Of a stretch of 64,000 bases of DNA, positions 13,140 through 27,026 are shown piece after piece (position 1 is the first letter of the stretch; each line of letters opens with the position of its first letter). The notes below the pieces were generated by a model, which ran no database searches, was not told where the DNA came from, and saw only the letters and a list, made by a program, of their open reading frames with translations. This DNA is from Octopus sinensis (taxonomy: Eukaryota): NCBI RefSeq assembly GCF_006345805.1, contig NC_043011.1, positions 62,508,464 to 62,572,463 on the forward strand. Reading direction: 5' to 3'. The position numbers were made by a program, and so were the translations under genes.

Positions 13140-13653
13140 CTAATGTAAAAGCCGTGGTAAACGGTATGTGCACAGCTCCATCTGGACTATTCCCTTTCTG
13201 CGCACTAATTTTATTTTTAATTTATTCCCATTCATGTAAAACCACTTATTCAAGTTCATGTCATTGATGCAATTTTATACCAATTGCTATTTTTACTTTT
13301 GTTATGTTACGATTATATTATACTTTAGTTTGATTTTAATTATTACTTACTACATATAATTCAGTTGTTATTATTATCTCTAATTTTTATTGTTAAAGTG
13401 AAAGTATCTGACATAAAATAGAGAAATGTTATTGTTTCACTTTTAACACGTAATACTGAAATAGTGGAGAAGATATGATATTGCTATGGGCTTGCCCTAG
13501 GCAAGAAGATGAACATTTTTTGCCGATGACACTCCTTGGACCCTAAATAAGGCATGTGTAAAATTTGAATGAAATTGGTTGTGTAGTTCTCAAGTTTTAG
13601 GGAAACACACAGACGGCCAGACACACACACATTCTCAGTTTTATATATATAGA
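13140..13653 (-). mobile_element. Helitron 5' portion
   Basis: On -: A|TCTATATATATAAAACTGAGAATGTGTGTGTGTCTG..CCAATTTCATTCAAATTTTACACATG, same layout as the 27318 Helitron start. Left boundary approximate. Confidence 0.6.
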
Positions 13654-13904
13654 TATATATATGTATATATAGATAGATAGATGAGTGAAATATAAACAGA
13701 ACCTTTTTCGGCCTATCGTACTTCAATACGACAGATATCCTAAACCTTTCGTCTCAATAAACCACTATGGTTACTGAGAGTTGTTTTGTGTGTTTACTTG
13801 GATCCTTGGATCTTATATATATGTATGGGGAGAGAGAGGGGGGAGGGAGGGAGGGAAGGAGGGAGAGAGAGAATCTATCCATTTATCAATATATTGTACA
13901 TACA

Positions 13905-14130
13905 GGGCGGCGAGCTGGCAGAAACTTTAGCACGCCGGGTGAAATGCGTAGCCGTATTTCGTCTGCCGTAACGTTCTGAGTTCAAATTTCGCCGAGGTCG
14001 ACTTTGGCTTTCATCCTTTCGGGGTCGATTAAATAAGTACCAGTTATTCACTGGGGTCGATGGCATCGACTTAATCTCTCCGTCCCTCCTTGCTTGACCC
14101 CGCCTATATGTGTGGGCAATAAAGAAATAA
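13905..14130 (+). mobile_element. SINE family A
   Basis: Head, B-box and central domain as above. Confidence 0.85.
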
Positions 14131-14736
14131 ATATATTGCATATATACACCCGTTCATACATATTTGCGTGACGGCAAGCACACAGACACACACTCTCACA
14201 AACACATATGTATTAATACACGCATATATTAGTTGATGGATGTTAATGTATATGATGGCGTTAAAACATGCTGCTGATGGTGGCGGCGATGTAAGCTGCG
14301 TTTCTATTGGCTACTGTTGCGGTCAGCTGACGGTGGTTACGTTGATATCGATGGCAGAGATAGTTTTAAGTTTGCGCACGATTTTAGCCTCTTATTCGGG
14401 GGTCCCATTTCGTAGCCATTTTGTTTTAAATCAATTGTATATTTGTAGTTTAAATATCATAAGCTATTTCCAGATTTATTTACTCTCTTTTCTTCTACTG
14501 TATTATTACGAATTACCTTGGCGCTTTGTTACACCTCTGCATGCAATATCATTATGGCATACAGGTGAATGCCTTCGTGTTCACGCGTTGCAGTTGTTGA
14601 ATCCCAAATCCTTCACACCGTTTGCAAGTAATCGCATGCCAGCAGATTGTTATGGAATAATGCGCATCCGTGTCTGGAGTGAATAAGACGAAGTTCCACT
14701 AATTAGAAATTTAGTTTCGATCTTCTCTTTGATAAG

Positions 14737-14867
14737 CGAGACACGTGCAGAGGATGCAAGATCGCTATTTTAAGGATGATGGCGTTAAGAGATTTTGCTT
14801 TTGAAACGAATGTAAGAAAAAATGTTGAAAGAATCAAACGGGTGATGCAGTCACATCAAGAACTTAG
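14737..14867 (+). CDS. Candidate coding exon, product unknown
   Basis: tcttctctttgatAG-type acceptor (..gataAG|), donor AG|GTAATA. Open frame RDTCRGCKIAILRMMALRDFAFETNVRKNVERIKRVMQSHQEL. Confidence 0.25.
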
Positions 14868-15744
14868 GTAATACTACACACGCACATACATGCATTCACA
14901 TACATTCACATTCACATTCATACATACATGCATACATACACACATACCTACATAGGTGAAGGCATACATACATTCACAAATGCACATACACACATACACA
15001 CGTGCACACAAATATTTGTATATCTGTATGTGTATATATTAGAGTACCGATAACTAATGTCCGCATTTCAAGTTATGAGTTCAAATCAGCATGAAACATG
15101 TTGTAAATGTATTTATTCAGTAGAAATTATAAATGCCATCGTTAGCCATAATAATTTCCCGTCTTCGAAACTAGTTTTCTGATTCCACAGGAGAAATAAA
15201 AGAAGTAAAAACCTGGCTCTTTAGAAGACCAAAACGTTTGGCGTTCCGTTTCGACATCGATCCTGCTCCTGAAAATTTTTCCACTGGTTAAATATTCAAA
15301 TGACCTTAATAAATAAAAACCTAGTGAACAGGGAATATAAGCTTGAGGTTCCCGTCCAAGTGACAGTAAAATTTAATATAATCCCGTGGCAATAATCTAC
15401 ACGGTCACTCGTTTTGCAAGTGAGGGGAGCCAAGTTTCTTGTATATTACCCTTCCGGCGGTCGATAAAATAAGGAATCAACCAAGCTCTGGTCCCGTCTT
15501 GGTGGGCCTGGGAAGAAACTCGTTCATTGCCTTTTCTCCTAAGAGGAATATTTTCTCTTTAATTGATTTCAGTCAATAGACTGTGGTCATGCTGGAGCTA
15601 CGCCGTGAGAGATTTTCCCGAAGAAATGCGCCTTTATAAGATACAGTGCTATTTCAAAGAAATTTTGCTGCTATTTCTTGCAAGGTCAAGTGGCCGTGAT
15701 GAGATATCCTCATTATCTCATTGAGTTAATTATAATTATTATTC

Positions 15745-16140
15745 TTTTATACACTAGGCATAAGGCCCGAAATTTTTGGGGAGGAGGACAGTCGATTAGA
15801 TCGACCCCAGGAAGTAACTGGTACTTATTCAATCGACCCCGAAAGGATGAAAGCCAGAGTCGAACTCAGCGGAAATTGAACTCAGAATATGAGGACAGAC
15901 GAAATACCTATTTCTTTACTACCCACAAGGAGCTAAACACAGAGAGGACAAACAAGAACAGACAAACGGATTAAGTCGATTACACCGACCCCAATGCGTA
16001 ACTGGTACTTATTTAATCGACCCCGAAAGGATGAAAGCCAAAGTTGCCTTCGGCGGAATTTGAACTCAGAACGTAGAGGCAGATAAAATACTGCTAAGCA
16101 TTTCGCCCGGCGTGCTAACGACTCTGCCAGCTCGCCGCCT
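15745..16140 (-). mobile_element. SINE family A (dimeric)
   Basis: Same motifs, body duplicated. Confidence 0.85.
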
Positions 16141-16476
16141 TTGTTATAATTATTATTACGGGCTGTTTCTATCTTATTTTAGTTTTATTGATTTTTTTAT
16201 CGCTATTTAATCGATGTTATTTTGTTTGTTCTACGAGAAAAATCCAAGGAAAAGACCGTTAAGAATTCTTATCAACTCAGTGCTGAGCCAACTATTTCGT
16301 GTTTTTTCTAAAATGTAAAAATCCTTTTGAAATTTCTTTCTTTTTCATGAAAACCAACACGAACAGCAACAGCAACAGCAGCAGCAGCAGCAGCAACAAC
16401 AACAACAACAACAACAACAAAACCCCAAATAGTAGCAAAATGGACGACAACGATGTCGGTGAAGATGATGTTGATC

Positions 16477-16510
<34 letters not shown>

Positions 16511-17501
16511 CTGCAGTGATGGTAAGGATTGTAATATAAAATAGAAAAAAAATTTATAATTGAATAACAATAATAATGATATGGATAAGTCCCCGGATTA
16601 TGATGATGATGATAATTAATAATATAAATAATAATAACAGCAGTAGTAGCATCTGGAGGAAGCAACACCGTTAGTAGTAGTGTTAGTAGCAGTAGTAGTA
16701 ATTGAGAAGAAAAAAAAAAAACTTCGAACGGTTCCTTATTATAGGTTTCATTGTATGGCCCTTGGCAAATTGACAAACTGTACTTGTGAACGTGACGAAA
16801 ATCAAATGCTTTATATTCCAATATAAATTCAATAACTTTACAGATTCTTAAGCACTGAAGCCTGCAGCTTTGAATCTAACTGGTCAACAGAGTATTATTG
16901 TTCGTTTCTTTTGGCTCTCCAAAATTCTATTCAAATTGAGTGAATGTTTTTTTCTTTCAAAATTTTTATTCAGCATCGTTATTAGCATACCTGTTGATTC
17001 CACATTGGTAAACACAAGTTATTCAGCTACAACCTATCTTCAGTTGACTTCGTTTTCTCATTTAACTTTCAACGGTTTTCAGCATTCTATTTTCTTCTTC
17101 CTGCTTCTATTGTATGGGCAAATAATTACTTTAGTTTCGTTTCTTTCTTTTTTTATTTTTTGTAGGACACACTCTGAGACTTAAAGAAAAAGTACGTGTG
17201 AAAGCTGAATAAAACTCTAGCTACGAGATGCTAAAAGCAACTGATGTCTTGGTTTATCCATGTTTGGATTAGAAGAAAACAGTCAAAGAGACAGAAAAAA
17301 CATTAAATCATAAACAAAACACACAAACAACCAATATAAACAAATGAAAATAAATATTTTTAACTGAGAGTTCCTATGTCACTGAGTTTTGTTAAAGAAC
17401 ACAAAAGCAGGATCTGCAAGAGATTCCAGCTCCACAAAACAAATGTCAAAGATCAGTCTTAGACGAAAATAGTTCTCTTTTCATTCTTTCATAAGTGTGA
17501 A

Positions 17502-17945
17502 AGGCGGAGAGGTAGCAGAATGGTTAGCGCGCCGGGTGAAATGCTTAGCGGTATTTCGTCTGTCCTTATGTTTCGAGTTCAAATTCCGCCGAGGTTGACT
17601 TTGACTTTTATCTTTTCGGGGTCCATTGAATAAGTACCAGTTACGTATTGGTGTCAGTGTAGTCGCCCATCCCTCTCCTCCAAAATGTCAGGCCTTAGGT
17701 CTGTAATAGAAAGGATTATTTCATAAGTATTAAACGTATCAAGCTGGCAGAATCCGTAGCACGCCGGGCGAAATGCTTAGTGTCATTTCGTCCGTCATTA
17801 CATTCTGAGTTCAAATTCCGTCGATGTCTATCTTGCCTTTCATCCCTCTGGTGGGGTGGATCGGGGGTAGATAAGATAAGTACCAGTTGACGACTGGGGT
17901 CAATGTAATCAAGTAATCTCCCTCCCTGAGTGGAAACGATTAAAT
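17502..17945 (+). mobile_element. Two tandem SINE family A monomers
   Basis: Heads at 17502 and about 17740, each with B-box and central domain. Confidence 0.8.
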
Positions 17946-18756
17946 ATTCTTACTTGCATATTTGTTTTAGTTATTAAACAAGAAATCCATAAAAGGAGAT
18001 TAAATCTTCTATTTATTCTATCATTCTCTTTTGCCGAACCACTAAGATATAGTGATGTAAACAAACCAACATCTGTTGTCAAGTGATCGTGTTAGGGGAA
18101 ACACATACACAGAAATACATTCATACATATATAAACATATAAGTATACGACGGGCTTCGCCACAGTTTCCGTTTGCCATATTTACTCACAAAACATTGGT
18201 GAACCCCAAGCGAATGTAGAAGACACTTTCATAAGATGGTGGGGGCTGTGTAACGGAACCCAAAATCATTTGGGCAGAAAACGATCTTCCAAATCAGACA
18301 GCCATGTTTGCAGTTTTGGTAAAATGTGTTTTCGTATAAAAGGTGTCTTGAAATTGTTTAATTCCTAGACCTTTCTGTTTTCCTATTTCCACATATGTAA
18401 ACATTTGTATATTTACTCAGTAATTATTTGATCTAAACACTCATGTGTACATAAAAAAATACAAAAAATTCTTTTGCTGAAAAAGTTAGAATACGACTGG
18501 ATCATGTCCAGTGTTGTTCCACAAATATGTCTCAAACTAAAGAAATAGTATTTGTCGCAGATAAATATTGTGTTTTCCCTACAAGATAATTATTTATAGC
18601 TATTCCATGCATCAAAATTAAAACATTAAAAAAAACGTTTCCCGATATTTTCCTATTTGTAAGTAAATTTACATATTAATATTCATATTAAACAATGAAG
18701 GTAGAAATTGATTTTAATCAAGCTTATTTAAAGAATACGAAGATTAAACATTATAT

Positions 18757-19052
18757 TACATACAAAATGAAGAGGTATGACCACCAAAGTGTACTCCTAA
18801 TATGCTCGATATAGACGTCAAATCGCCTAACCACGAAGAGTGTGTTCTCATGAAAAACATTTCAGCAAAACGCCATTAAACGGTCATTAATTTTATTTCG
18901 CATAATTCTATTTGTTTTGCTCATTTTTACATTCTAGCGTTTCGCTGATTTTTTTTCTTGAGAACACACTCTTCGTGGTTAGGCGATTTGACCTCTATAT
19001 CTAGCATATTAGGAGTCTACTTTGGTGGTCATTCCTCTTAATTTTGCGTGTA
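18757..19052. mobile_element. Fold-back element with arms of about 110 bp
   Basis: aagagg.atgaccaccaaagt..actcctaatatgct.gatatagaNgtcaaatcgcctaaccacgaagagtgtgttctc occurs at about 18770-18850 and inverted at about 18955-19040. A single arm of the same family lies at about 6290-6392. Confidence 0.75.
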
Positions 19053-19781
19053 TTAATATTCATATATATTCTAGCCTCGCCGTGAACTTAGGTCCTTCAG
19101 AGCTTTTCAGGCAGCTTCAGATGATGGCAAAACTGGCACCATTGTTATTTATCAATCGAACTACATCCAATACCACTCCTTCATAATTCCGAAACTAAAC
19201 ACGGAAAGCTATTCATTAAAGTGTCAGAGAAGTTCTGGCACATTTACAAAAGATTACAACACTGACATCTTGACAACACTCCATCAAACAATACAGCGTC
19301 AGTTATATTGCCTCCCGTTTATATTTGTTCATTATCGTAGATTTGGCAAAGCTATTTAGATATTTGTATTTAGTGGCGTCCACCAATAGAAAACAAGTTG
19401 TTAATATTATTCGATATTACATGAGACCAATGGTATCATACACTGTTTTAAATATTTTACTCGCTCTGTAATATACACGTAAGAGTATCATACCAATTCT
19501 GTGTTGAAGACAATTCGCTAATTACATTTATCCAATTATGGAAACTACTGCAAAAATAACGCTCAGTACTTCCCAGCAAGAGTTGCATGCGGGTTACATT
19601 ATCAGAAATTTTGGTGAGAGCGACCCAGTTATTTCTATCGACCCCAGTACCCAAGGGATATTTATTTTGTCAGCTCATAAACATACAAGGTAAGGTAAGG
19701 TTGTCTTCAATAGTATTTGACTAGCAGTAAAAAGAGCTGGATCATAGTTTTTTTCTATCTATATCTATATATATGTATGTT

Positions 19782-19869
<88 letters not shown>

Positions 19870-20353
19870 GCAAGTAAACTATCTCTGTGTGTGCATCTGT
19901 GCGTGTGCGAGCGCATATATATATATACACACACACACACACATATGTTGGTGTGTTTACGTTTCTGTCACTTAGCGGTTCGGCAAGATTGACCGATAGA
20001 ATAAGTACTAGACTTACAAAGAATAAGTCCTGGGTTTCGATTTGCTCGACTAAAGGTGATGCTCCAGCATGGCCTCAGTCAAATGACTGAAACAAATAGA
20101 AGAAAAAAAAAATATATATAGGTGTCTCGAATCGAAACAGCTGTCAGAGATGCTGTCTAATATATATTAATTAATAAATAATTATTAATTATCCCTCTAT
20201 TTTCTTATCCTCTTAAAAAATATATAAACCACAGTTTACCCAGCTACCTTGCAGTTGAATACTGTAGTACTCAACACTTTTTAGATAGGTAACTAACCAG
20301 TATTTTTATTGGAATTTATTATCCCTTAGTGAGGTTTGTAACCTTTGTTTGAA

Positions 20354-20426
<73 letters not shown>

Positions 20427-20440
20427 ATATGTATATATAT

Positions 20441-20545
<105 letters not shown>

Positions 20546-20559
20546 TATATTGTTCAAAT

Positions 20560-20990
20560 GTAGAGAAAACAGAAGACGAAGACAGGTGAAGGAACGACAA
20601 ACTGGTGTTTTAGTTTAACGTTTTGGATGAATTGACGTTTCGAGCCGACGTGCTTCGGCAGAAAATATTGAGAAAAAAAAAGCGGAGAGAACGAAAAACG
20701 AAAAACAGAGAGGGAAAAATGTGTAGAGAATAACGGTTCAGCATGGTGAAAGGGCTGGAAGAAAGAGGGTGAGTGAAAGGGACATAATAACGGTGAACCG
20801 GCCGAACAAGTGTGTGCAAGCGCATGTCTGTATGTGAAAATGGAGTGTGTGAGTGTCTGTGTGTGAATGAGGGCGAGTGCGCGAGTATGTATGTGTGAGC
20901 GAGCTAAAAATTACCTGAGCCTGTGTGTGTGCATATGTGTATAAGTAATATAGTGTGTACATTTTGTAGAGTGATGTGCGTTTCATATAC
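20560..20990 (-). mobile_element. Penelope-like pLTR remnant with degenerate HHR
   Basis: On -: CTGCCGAagcacgtcggctcGAAACGTC (about 20630-20665), directly adjoining a long (TA)n tract. Confidence 0.4.
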
Positions 20991-21053
20991 TAATATATGC
21001 GTGTGTGCGTTTGCGTATTGACCTGTGTATATATGTGTGGGGTTATCATGTGT

Positions 21054-21095
<42 letters not shown>

Positions 21096-21109
21096 GGGGG
21101 GTTATCACG

Positions 21110-21147
<38 letters not shown>

Positions 21148-21739
21148 ATATATATATATCATCAAATGTATAGATATAGAACAAGATATCAATATTTTAA
21201 TTTATACTATATTCAAATATATTCAAATATGACAAAATCGATCTTCGATTAATCTAAAAATTTGACAGGTCTTTTGTTTGAAATTATGAAGCGTAATTAA
21301 CAATTAATATTACAAGATACACTTAATTAACTTCTTTTTTATAGAAAGACAGGCACTCGTTTTCTTATCCTCACGAAAAGGCGATTAAACGTTATTGCGT
21401 TGGCGTGTCACATACAGTTAGTGGCTTCATGGGAACGCGGTTGGGGTGGGTCATGATGCTGGTGGGGTGGAGTAAAAAGTTTCCTGATTATGATGATAAT
21501 TATGTTGATGATGATGTTGATAATGATGAAGGCAGTGATGGCGATTTTGATGACGGTGGTGGTGGTTGTGGTGATGATGATGATGATGGCTTTGATCCTC
21601 TTGCTCTTGATAATTTTCATGATGCTGATGCTGATTATGGTGTCGTTGGTGGAGATAGTTGTGATGACGATGACGCTGACAAAGATGGTGACGCTGAGGG
21701 TTTTGGTGAAGATGCTGAGAAGGGGAGATAAAGAAGCCA

Positions 21740-21772
<33 letters not shown>

Positions 21773-23094
21773 ATGGTGATGATGATGAGGAGATGGAAGA
21801 CGAAGTGGAAAAGGAAGAAATTGCTAATTCTGTGCTTCTGATGTCGAAGCGAATACTATTCTATATTCTTCTATATTAAGTATTACAGTTTTCTTTCCTA
21901 TCGTGATAACAATATCAAATGAAAATTCAGCGTCTCAAGATAATTAATCATCGACAGATTGATAAATACAAAGACAGAGAGAAAGGTCTTTGATTAAGCT
22001 TTAGTTTCTACTGGAGGTTTAGGGGCGCCTTCGTGACACATAACATGTAAATCTTCACCCTTGATTTAGGGCTGACGAGAAAGCTCTGGCATCAGTAAAT
22101 GAATTCTTACTTTATTCTTTGTTCTTCGCATGAATCATTGAAAAATGCGCCCCGCAAGAGAGTGGATCGTATTACATGGCCATCAAGTAACAGTTACCGT
22201 ATGTTTTTATGTGGTTCTATGTGATGTTCCAAGGTTCTTCTCAAACTAATAATTAATATGGTTCAAATGTGAAATAATTAACAGGTTGTAATAGTACCTC
22301 ACTTGCCCCGCCGCTAACTTCCACACTATCTTCGTATTAAGTGTCTCTATCTCGCATTCATATAGCACAAAGAAGACTAGCAGGGCATACGGATATCCTA
22401 TTTTGATCCTCATATTAAAGCTTCTATCACACCGTACGGGTGTGAATTAGATTAGCACATTAATAAACTACTGTTATTGCAAAGATTTCTGATCCTGAAA
22501 CATATTATTATTAACTGTCATTAACTCAATATAATTAAAAGATTTTTTATTATTCTTTGCTTCTGTCTTTTAAAAGTAGGTTTGTCAAGAGTTCAACTTC
22601 GGCATTTGTCATGAAATTCGTTAGAGGTTATCGCAAGAAAAGTGATAGCTGACTAAATTAGCCATTGCATCTTCCTTTCTATCTGGGACATCAATGCCGT
22701 CACTAGATTTTAAATTAAGGCTCATCATACCGAGTTTCAAGAATAATCCTCAGATTCCACCATAAAACGATGTTTTATAGAATGAGTGGCGTGAGTGTTG
22801 GTGGAGAGAAGCGAGTACGAAGGTCTGTCAAAGTGATGCAGGACCACCGTTGATGTCCCCTTCTGTGAGTGATGTACTGGTTGACCATCTGGCATCTAGA
22901 TACATAATTTGTGTTCGTGTATATGTGTCTATGTATATATGTTTGTGTGTATACATATAAGAGCGCGATAAAATAATTACTAGGCTTACAAAGAATAAGT
23001 TCCGAGGTCGATTTGTTCGACGAGAAGCCGTGCTGCAGCATGGCTACAATCACATGACTGAAACAAGTAAAAGAATACAGGAATATATATATAT

Positions 23095-23500
23095 AGGCGC
23101 AGGAGTGGCTGTGTGGTAAGTAGCTTGTTTACCAGCCACATGGTTCTGGGTTCAGTCCCACTGCGTGGCACCTTGGGCAAGTGTCTTCTACTGTAGCCTC
23201 GGGCCGACCAAAGCCTTGTGAGTGGATTTGGTAGACGGAAATTGAAAGAAGCCTGTAGTATATATGTATATATATATATGTGTGTGTGTTTGTGTGTCTG
23301 TGTTTGTCCCCCTAGCATTGCTTGACAACCGATGCTGGTGTGTTTATGTCCCCGTCACTTAGCGGTTCGGCAAAAAGAGACCGATAGAATAAGTACTGGG
23401 CTTACAAAGAATAAGTCCCGAGGTCGAGTTGCTCGATTAAATGCGGTGCTCCAGCATGGCCGCAGTCAAATGGCTGAAACAAGTAAAAGAGAATAAAAGA
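23095..23500 (+). mobile_element. tRNA-derived SINE family B (about 400 bp, internal microsatellite), full length
   Basis: Head aggcgcaggagtggctgtgtggtaagtagcttg..gggttcagtccc, then caccttgggcaagtgtcttc, internal (TA/TG)n, 3' gactgaaacaagtaaaagag. Preceded by a 3' fragment at 22975-23085. Confidence 0.85.
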
Positions 23501-23535
<35 letters not shown>

Positions 23536-23944
23536 CATACACACACACACATATATACAGGGTGAAAGAGGGAAGGGGAGAGTGGTTACGGGTGTAGGCC
23601 TATTGAATGATCGAGAGACATATTCTATTATGAATCCTTTTCTGTATATTTTTACCCGTCCCTATAAGTCTACTTGTGGAAATGAAATCAAAGTTGCATT
23701 TGTGGCCCTTTAAGACTATTATTTGTTTTTTTTTCTAATAGTGTGGCTGAGATTTTTGCTTCACAATATGCATTAGGTCTTGCCTTTTTGTACGTTTTAA
23801 CAATCTCGCCAGTCAGAATTTAAATTATCTTCCGATATTGTATTTACGTTGTTCATTTGTATTATCGGCAAGACTTGGCTGTTGGTTATGTCTCTTAAGA
23901 TTTTAAGCAGTGCTTTACAATGCTTTAAATCTGTGGTTTTATTT

Positions 23945-24050
23945 AGTCGCTGGCGATAAATATTGGAAAGTTTGCAAAGGTGTAAATCTTCTCAAGATCA
24001 CAATGGAGAAAGTTGGCTTAAGTTTAAATGTGGAAGTCAAAAACTACGAA
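23945..24050 (+). pseudogene. Possible highly degenerate LINE RT fragment
   Basis: LVAGD..VNLLKITMEKVGLSLNVE resembles the post-YADD 'L+A...L....E.VGL.LN..KT' segment of RTE/CR1-type RTs. Short and weak. Confidence 0.25.
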
Positions 24051-24535
24051 CGTGAAAAGTTAAGTCAGTATAAGAAGCATACTAAACAGTGAAGGTATAA
24101 TAGGAACGGCAACATCAAAATTGGAATTACTGAAAAAAAAAAAAAAAGAAAATAATAAAAATACATTTGGTGCAATTGTCACAACTCACAAATATCTGTT
24201 TTAGAGTGTAGTATAAATCCCCATTGCTTCCTATCACGATGGGGAAAAGGTAACGATACAAAAATCATTCGAACAAACTCATTTGTCTAAATGAAACGCG
24301 TTTCTACAATATCCTGTTTGTGCAATATGGGAACGAAATCTTCAGAATAGAGAGAAGAAAGGAAACGGCTAAACTATAAATTACAAGAGCAAGATTAAAG
24401 ACAGTTATGGCAATTCATAGTAATTTATGGAAGGAGGTTAATATATCAATGCCTTCTAGTGAACTGCGATTGAGTTACGAAAGTATACTGAAAGGGGCAC
24501 TGCAGTAGAAACATATGAAATATGTATATATATAT

Positions 24536-24586
<51 letters not shown>

Positions 24587-25157
24587 CACACACACATATA
24601 CATATATATGTATATATGTATGTATACACGCACACACACACATATATATTTCGTGACACTCCGTCTGTTGCGACGACGAGGGTCCCAGTTGATCCGATCA
24701 AAGGAACAGCATGCTCGTGAAATCAACGTGCACGTATGCCCTTAACGTATTTCTCGGGGGGATTCAGCGAGACACAGAGTGTGACAAGGCTGGCCCTTTG
24801 AAACACAAGTACTACACAAACAGGAAGAAAGAGTGATAGAAAGCTGTGGTGAGGAATCGAAACTACAATGTTTCCATCATAAGTGCAACGCCTATCATCT
24901 GAGCCACGTCACTACTAACACACTCACACAGACGTTAGACATGTCTGTTATTTATTCGTTACCTTTGGTTACAAGTTATCCCAGATCATAGCGGACGCGA
25001 AACAAAACCACATAGATTAATAACGACTCATTCATTTATCGCGTATAAATCACCAGCGCCTCTTCAAAACACCGCAACCACGCACTCGGTACTCAACCCC
25101 TACTCTTACAGCGCATCACCAGTACATCACTACTATACCACCTGTATAAAAGCAGTA

Positions 25158-25391
25158 CAGAGTTGGTCAAAATTCACCTGAGAGGAAATCAAAACAATTT
25201 AATTCCAAGATTAAAACAAAAAAAATTTTATATGAGACTTCGCTAATAAATAGACACGTTGATAAAAACCGGTAATTTTAACTCACAGCATTCAATTAAT
25301 AAACATTCATAATTAGAATGAATGAATAAAATTGAATATTAAATATTTATGGAATTTAGATTTACTTTGGAGTGACTTTTGGCCAGTAATG
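25158..25391. mobile_element. Tc1/mariner-type MITE, copy 1
   Basis: TA|cagagttggtcaaaattcacc ... agtgacttttggccagtaatg|TA. Internal sequence homologous to copy 2. Confidence 0.7.
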
Positions 25392-25487
25392 TATAAAAGT
25401 ATATATGTGTGTGTGTATGTGTGTGAGTGAGTATATATATGTATATGTATGCATGTATGTATGTAAGTATGTATGTATGTATGTATG

Positions 25488-25568
<81 letters not shown>

Positions 25569-25787
25569 CATACATACATACAACCATACATAATCGGCCG
25601 AAAGAGCAAAGACGATCTGGAACTCGAACTGAGGATAGGAACCTTCGAACCACTCGTCCTTGATTTTTCCTGTCCTTTTTTGTATCGTCTAATTACCGGA
25701 TGCTTTGTTGTCACCTGTTACGTTCTTGTTCCATTTTCATTTTCTTCATATATATACATATGCACCCCCCATATATATGCATATATA

Positions 25788-26011
25788 CAGGGCTAGCCAC
25801 AAGTCACCTGAGTCAGTCAAAACCATTTAATTCCAAGATTTATCAATGTTCAAGAACTGAAGGAATTTAATAAAAGCATTTAAATAAATGGTGATTTTAA
25901 CTCACAGCATTCAATTATTAAACATTCATAATTGGAATGAATTAAAAAAAACTGAATATTAAATATTTACAGAATTTTGATTTATTGTTGGGTGACTTTT
26001 GGACAAACCTG
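25788..26011. mobile_element. Tc1/mariner-type MITE, copy 2
   Basis: TA|cagggctagccacaagtcacc ... ggtgacttttggacaaacctg|TA. Shares 'ttttaactcacagcattcaatta.taaacattcataatt' with copy 1. Confidence 0.75.
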
Positions 26012-26589
26012 TATTTCACCGGCGTGCATCAAATACACCCTTGGTAAACCAATAGTATACTAGCAGTATATGCTTTGTACACTACTATTGCACTACTGCT
26101 CCTCCTATATTTATATACAGTATGAAAACGTCATCCATCAGTAACCTAACCATCCACCGGCACTGTTGAATTTTAGCCAGTTTTTTGTTTCGGTCTTGTG
26201 CCAAGACGATGCACATGAATTTTATACCTTGCCAAAATTCGAAAAGCAAGACGGAGAATGTTTAAAAGAATAATTTCTCGCCACACAGACACATACACAA
26301 GTTCTCATACAGATACACACATGTATACACCCCCGCTGCTATACACGCTTGTACACATACATATACACAAAAAATTATACGCAGGCATTTGCTATATATT
26401 ATATATACATCAAAGGTTTTTGCGAAGCATCGTTTCTGTTACTGCATGACTATCGTGATTCTATGACCCCCAACGACACCCCCAACAATAGCACCAAGAC
26501 GACTACCGGCACCTAAACTCCACTAACAACACCAAAAAAACAATAAAACTGCCTCCGCCGTCGCCAAAACCCGGAAACTATCACTATTA

Positions 26590-27026
26590 TTTTTTACTCT
26601 AGGCACAAGACCAGGAATTTTGGGAGACGGGGCCCTCCCGATTAGGTCAACCCCAGTATGCAAATAGTACTTAATTTATCGACCACGAAAGGATGGAAGA
26701 CAAAGTGAGACATCGGCGGGATTTGAACTTAGAACGTAAAGATCGACGAAATACCGATAAGCATTTCGCCCAGGGTGTTAACGTTACTGCCACTTTATTA
26801 TTCCTAAAATATTCGTTTCTAATCGAGGCAAAAGGCCCGAAATTTTTAGGGAAGAGGGCCTGTCGATTAGATCGACCCCAGTACGCAACTGATACTTAAT
26901 TTATTGATACCGAAAAGATGAAAGGCAAAGTCGACCTCGGCGGAATTTGAACTCAGAACGTAACGGCAGACGAAATACCGCTAAGTACTTCACCCAACGC
27001 GCTAACGATTCTGCCAGCTCACCGCT
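26590..27026 (-). mobile_element. Two tandem SINE family A monomers
   Basis: Copies at about 26590-26793 and 26815-27026. Confidence 0.8.

Noticed and set aside
21405-21879. Acidic D/G-rich ORF (108 aa) and overlapping ORFs
   Set aside because: A decayed GAT/GGT/GCT trinucleotide array, open in several frames, with no splice or domain evidence.
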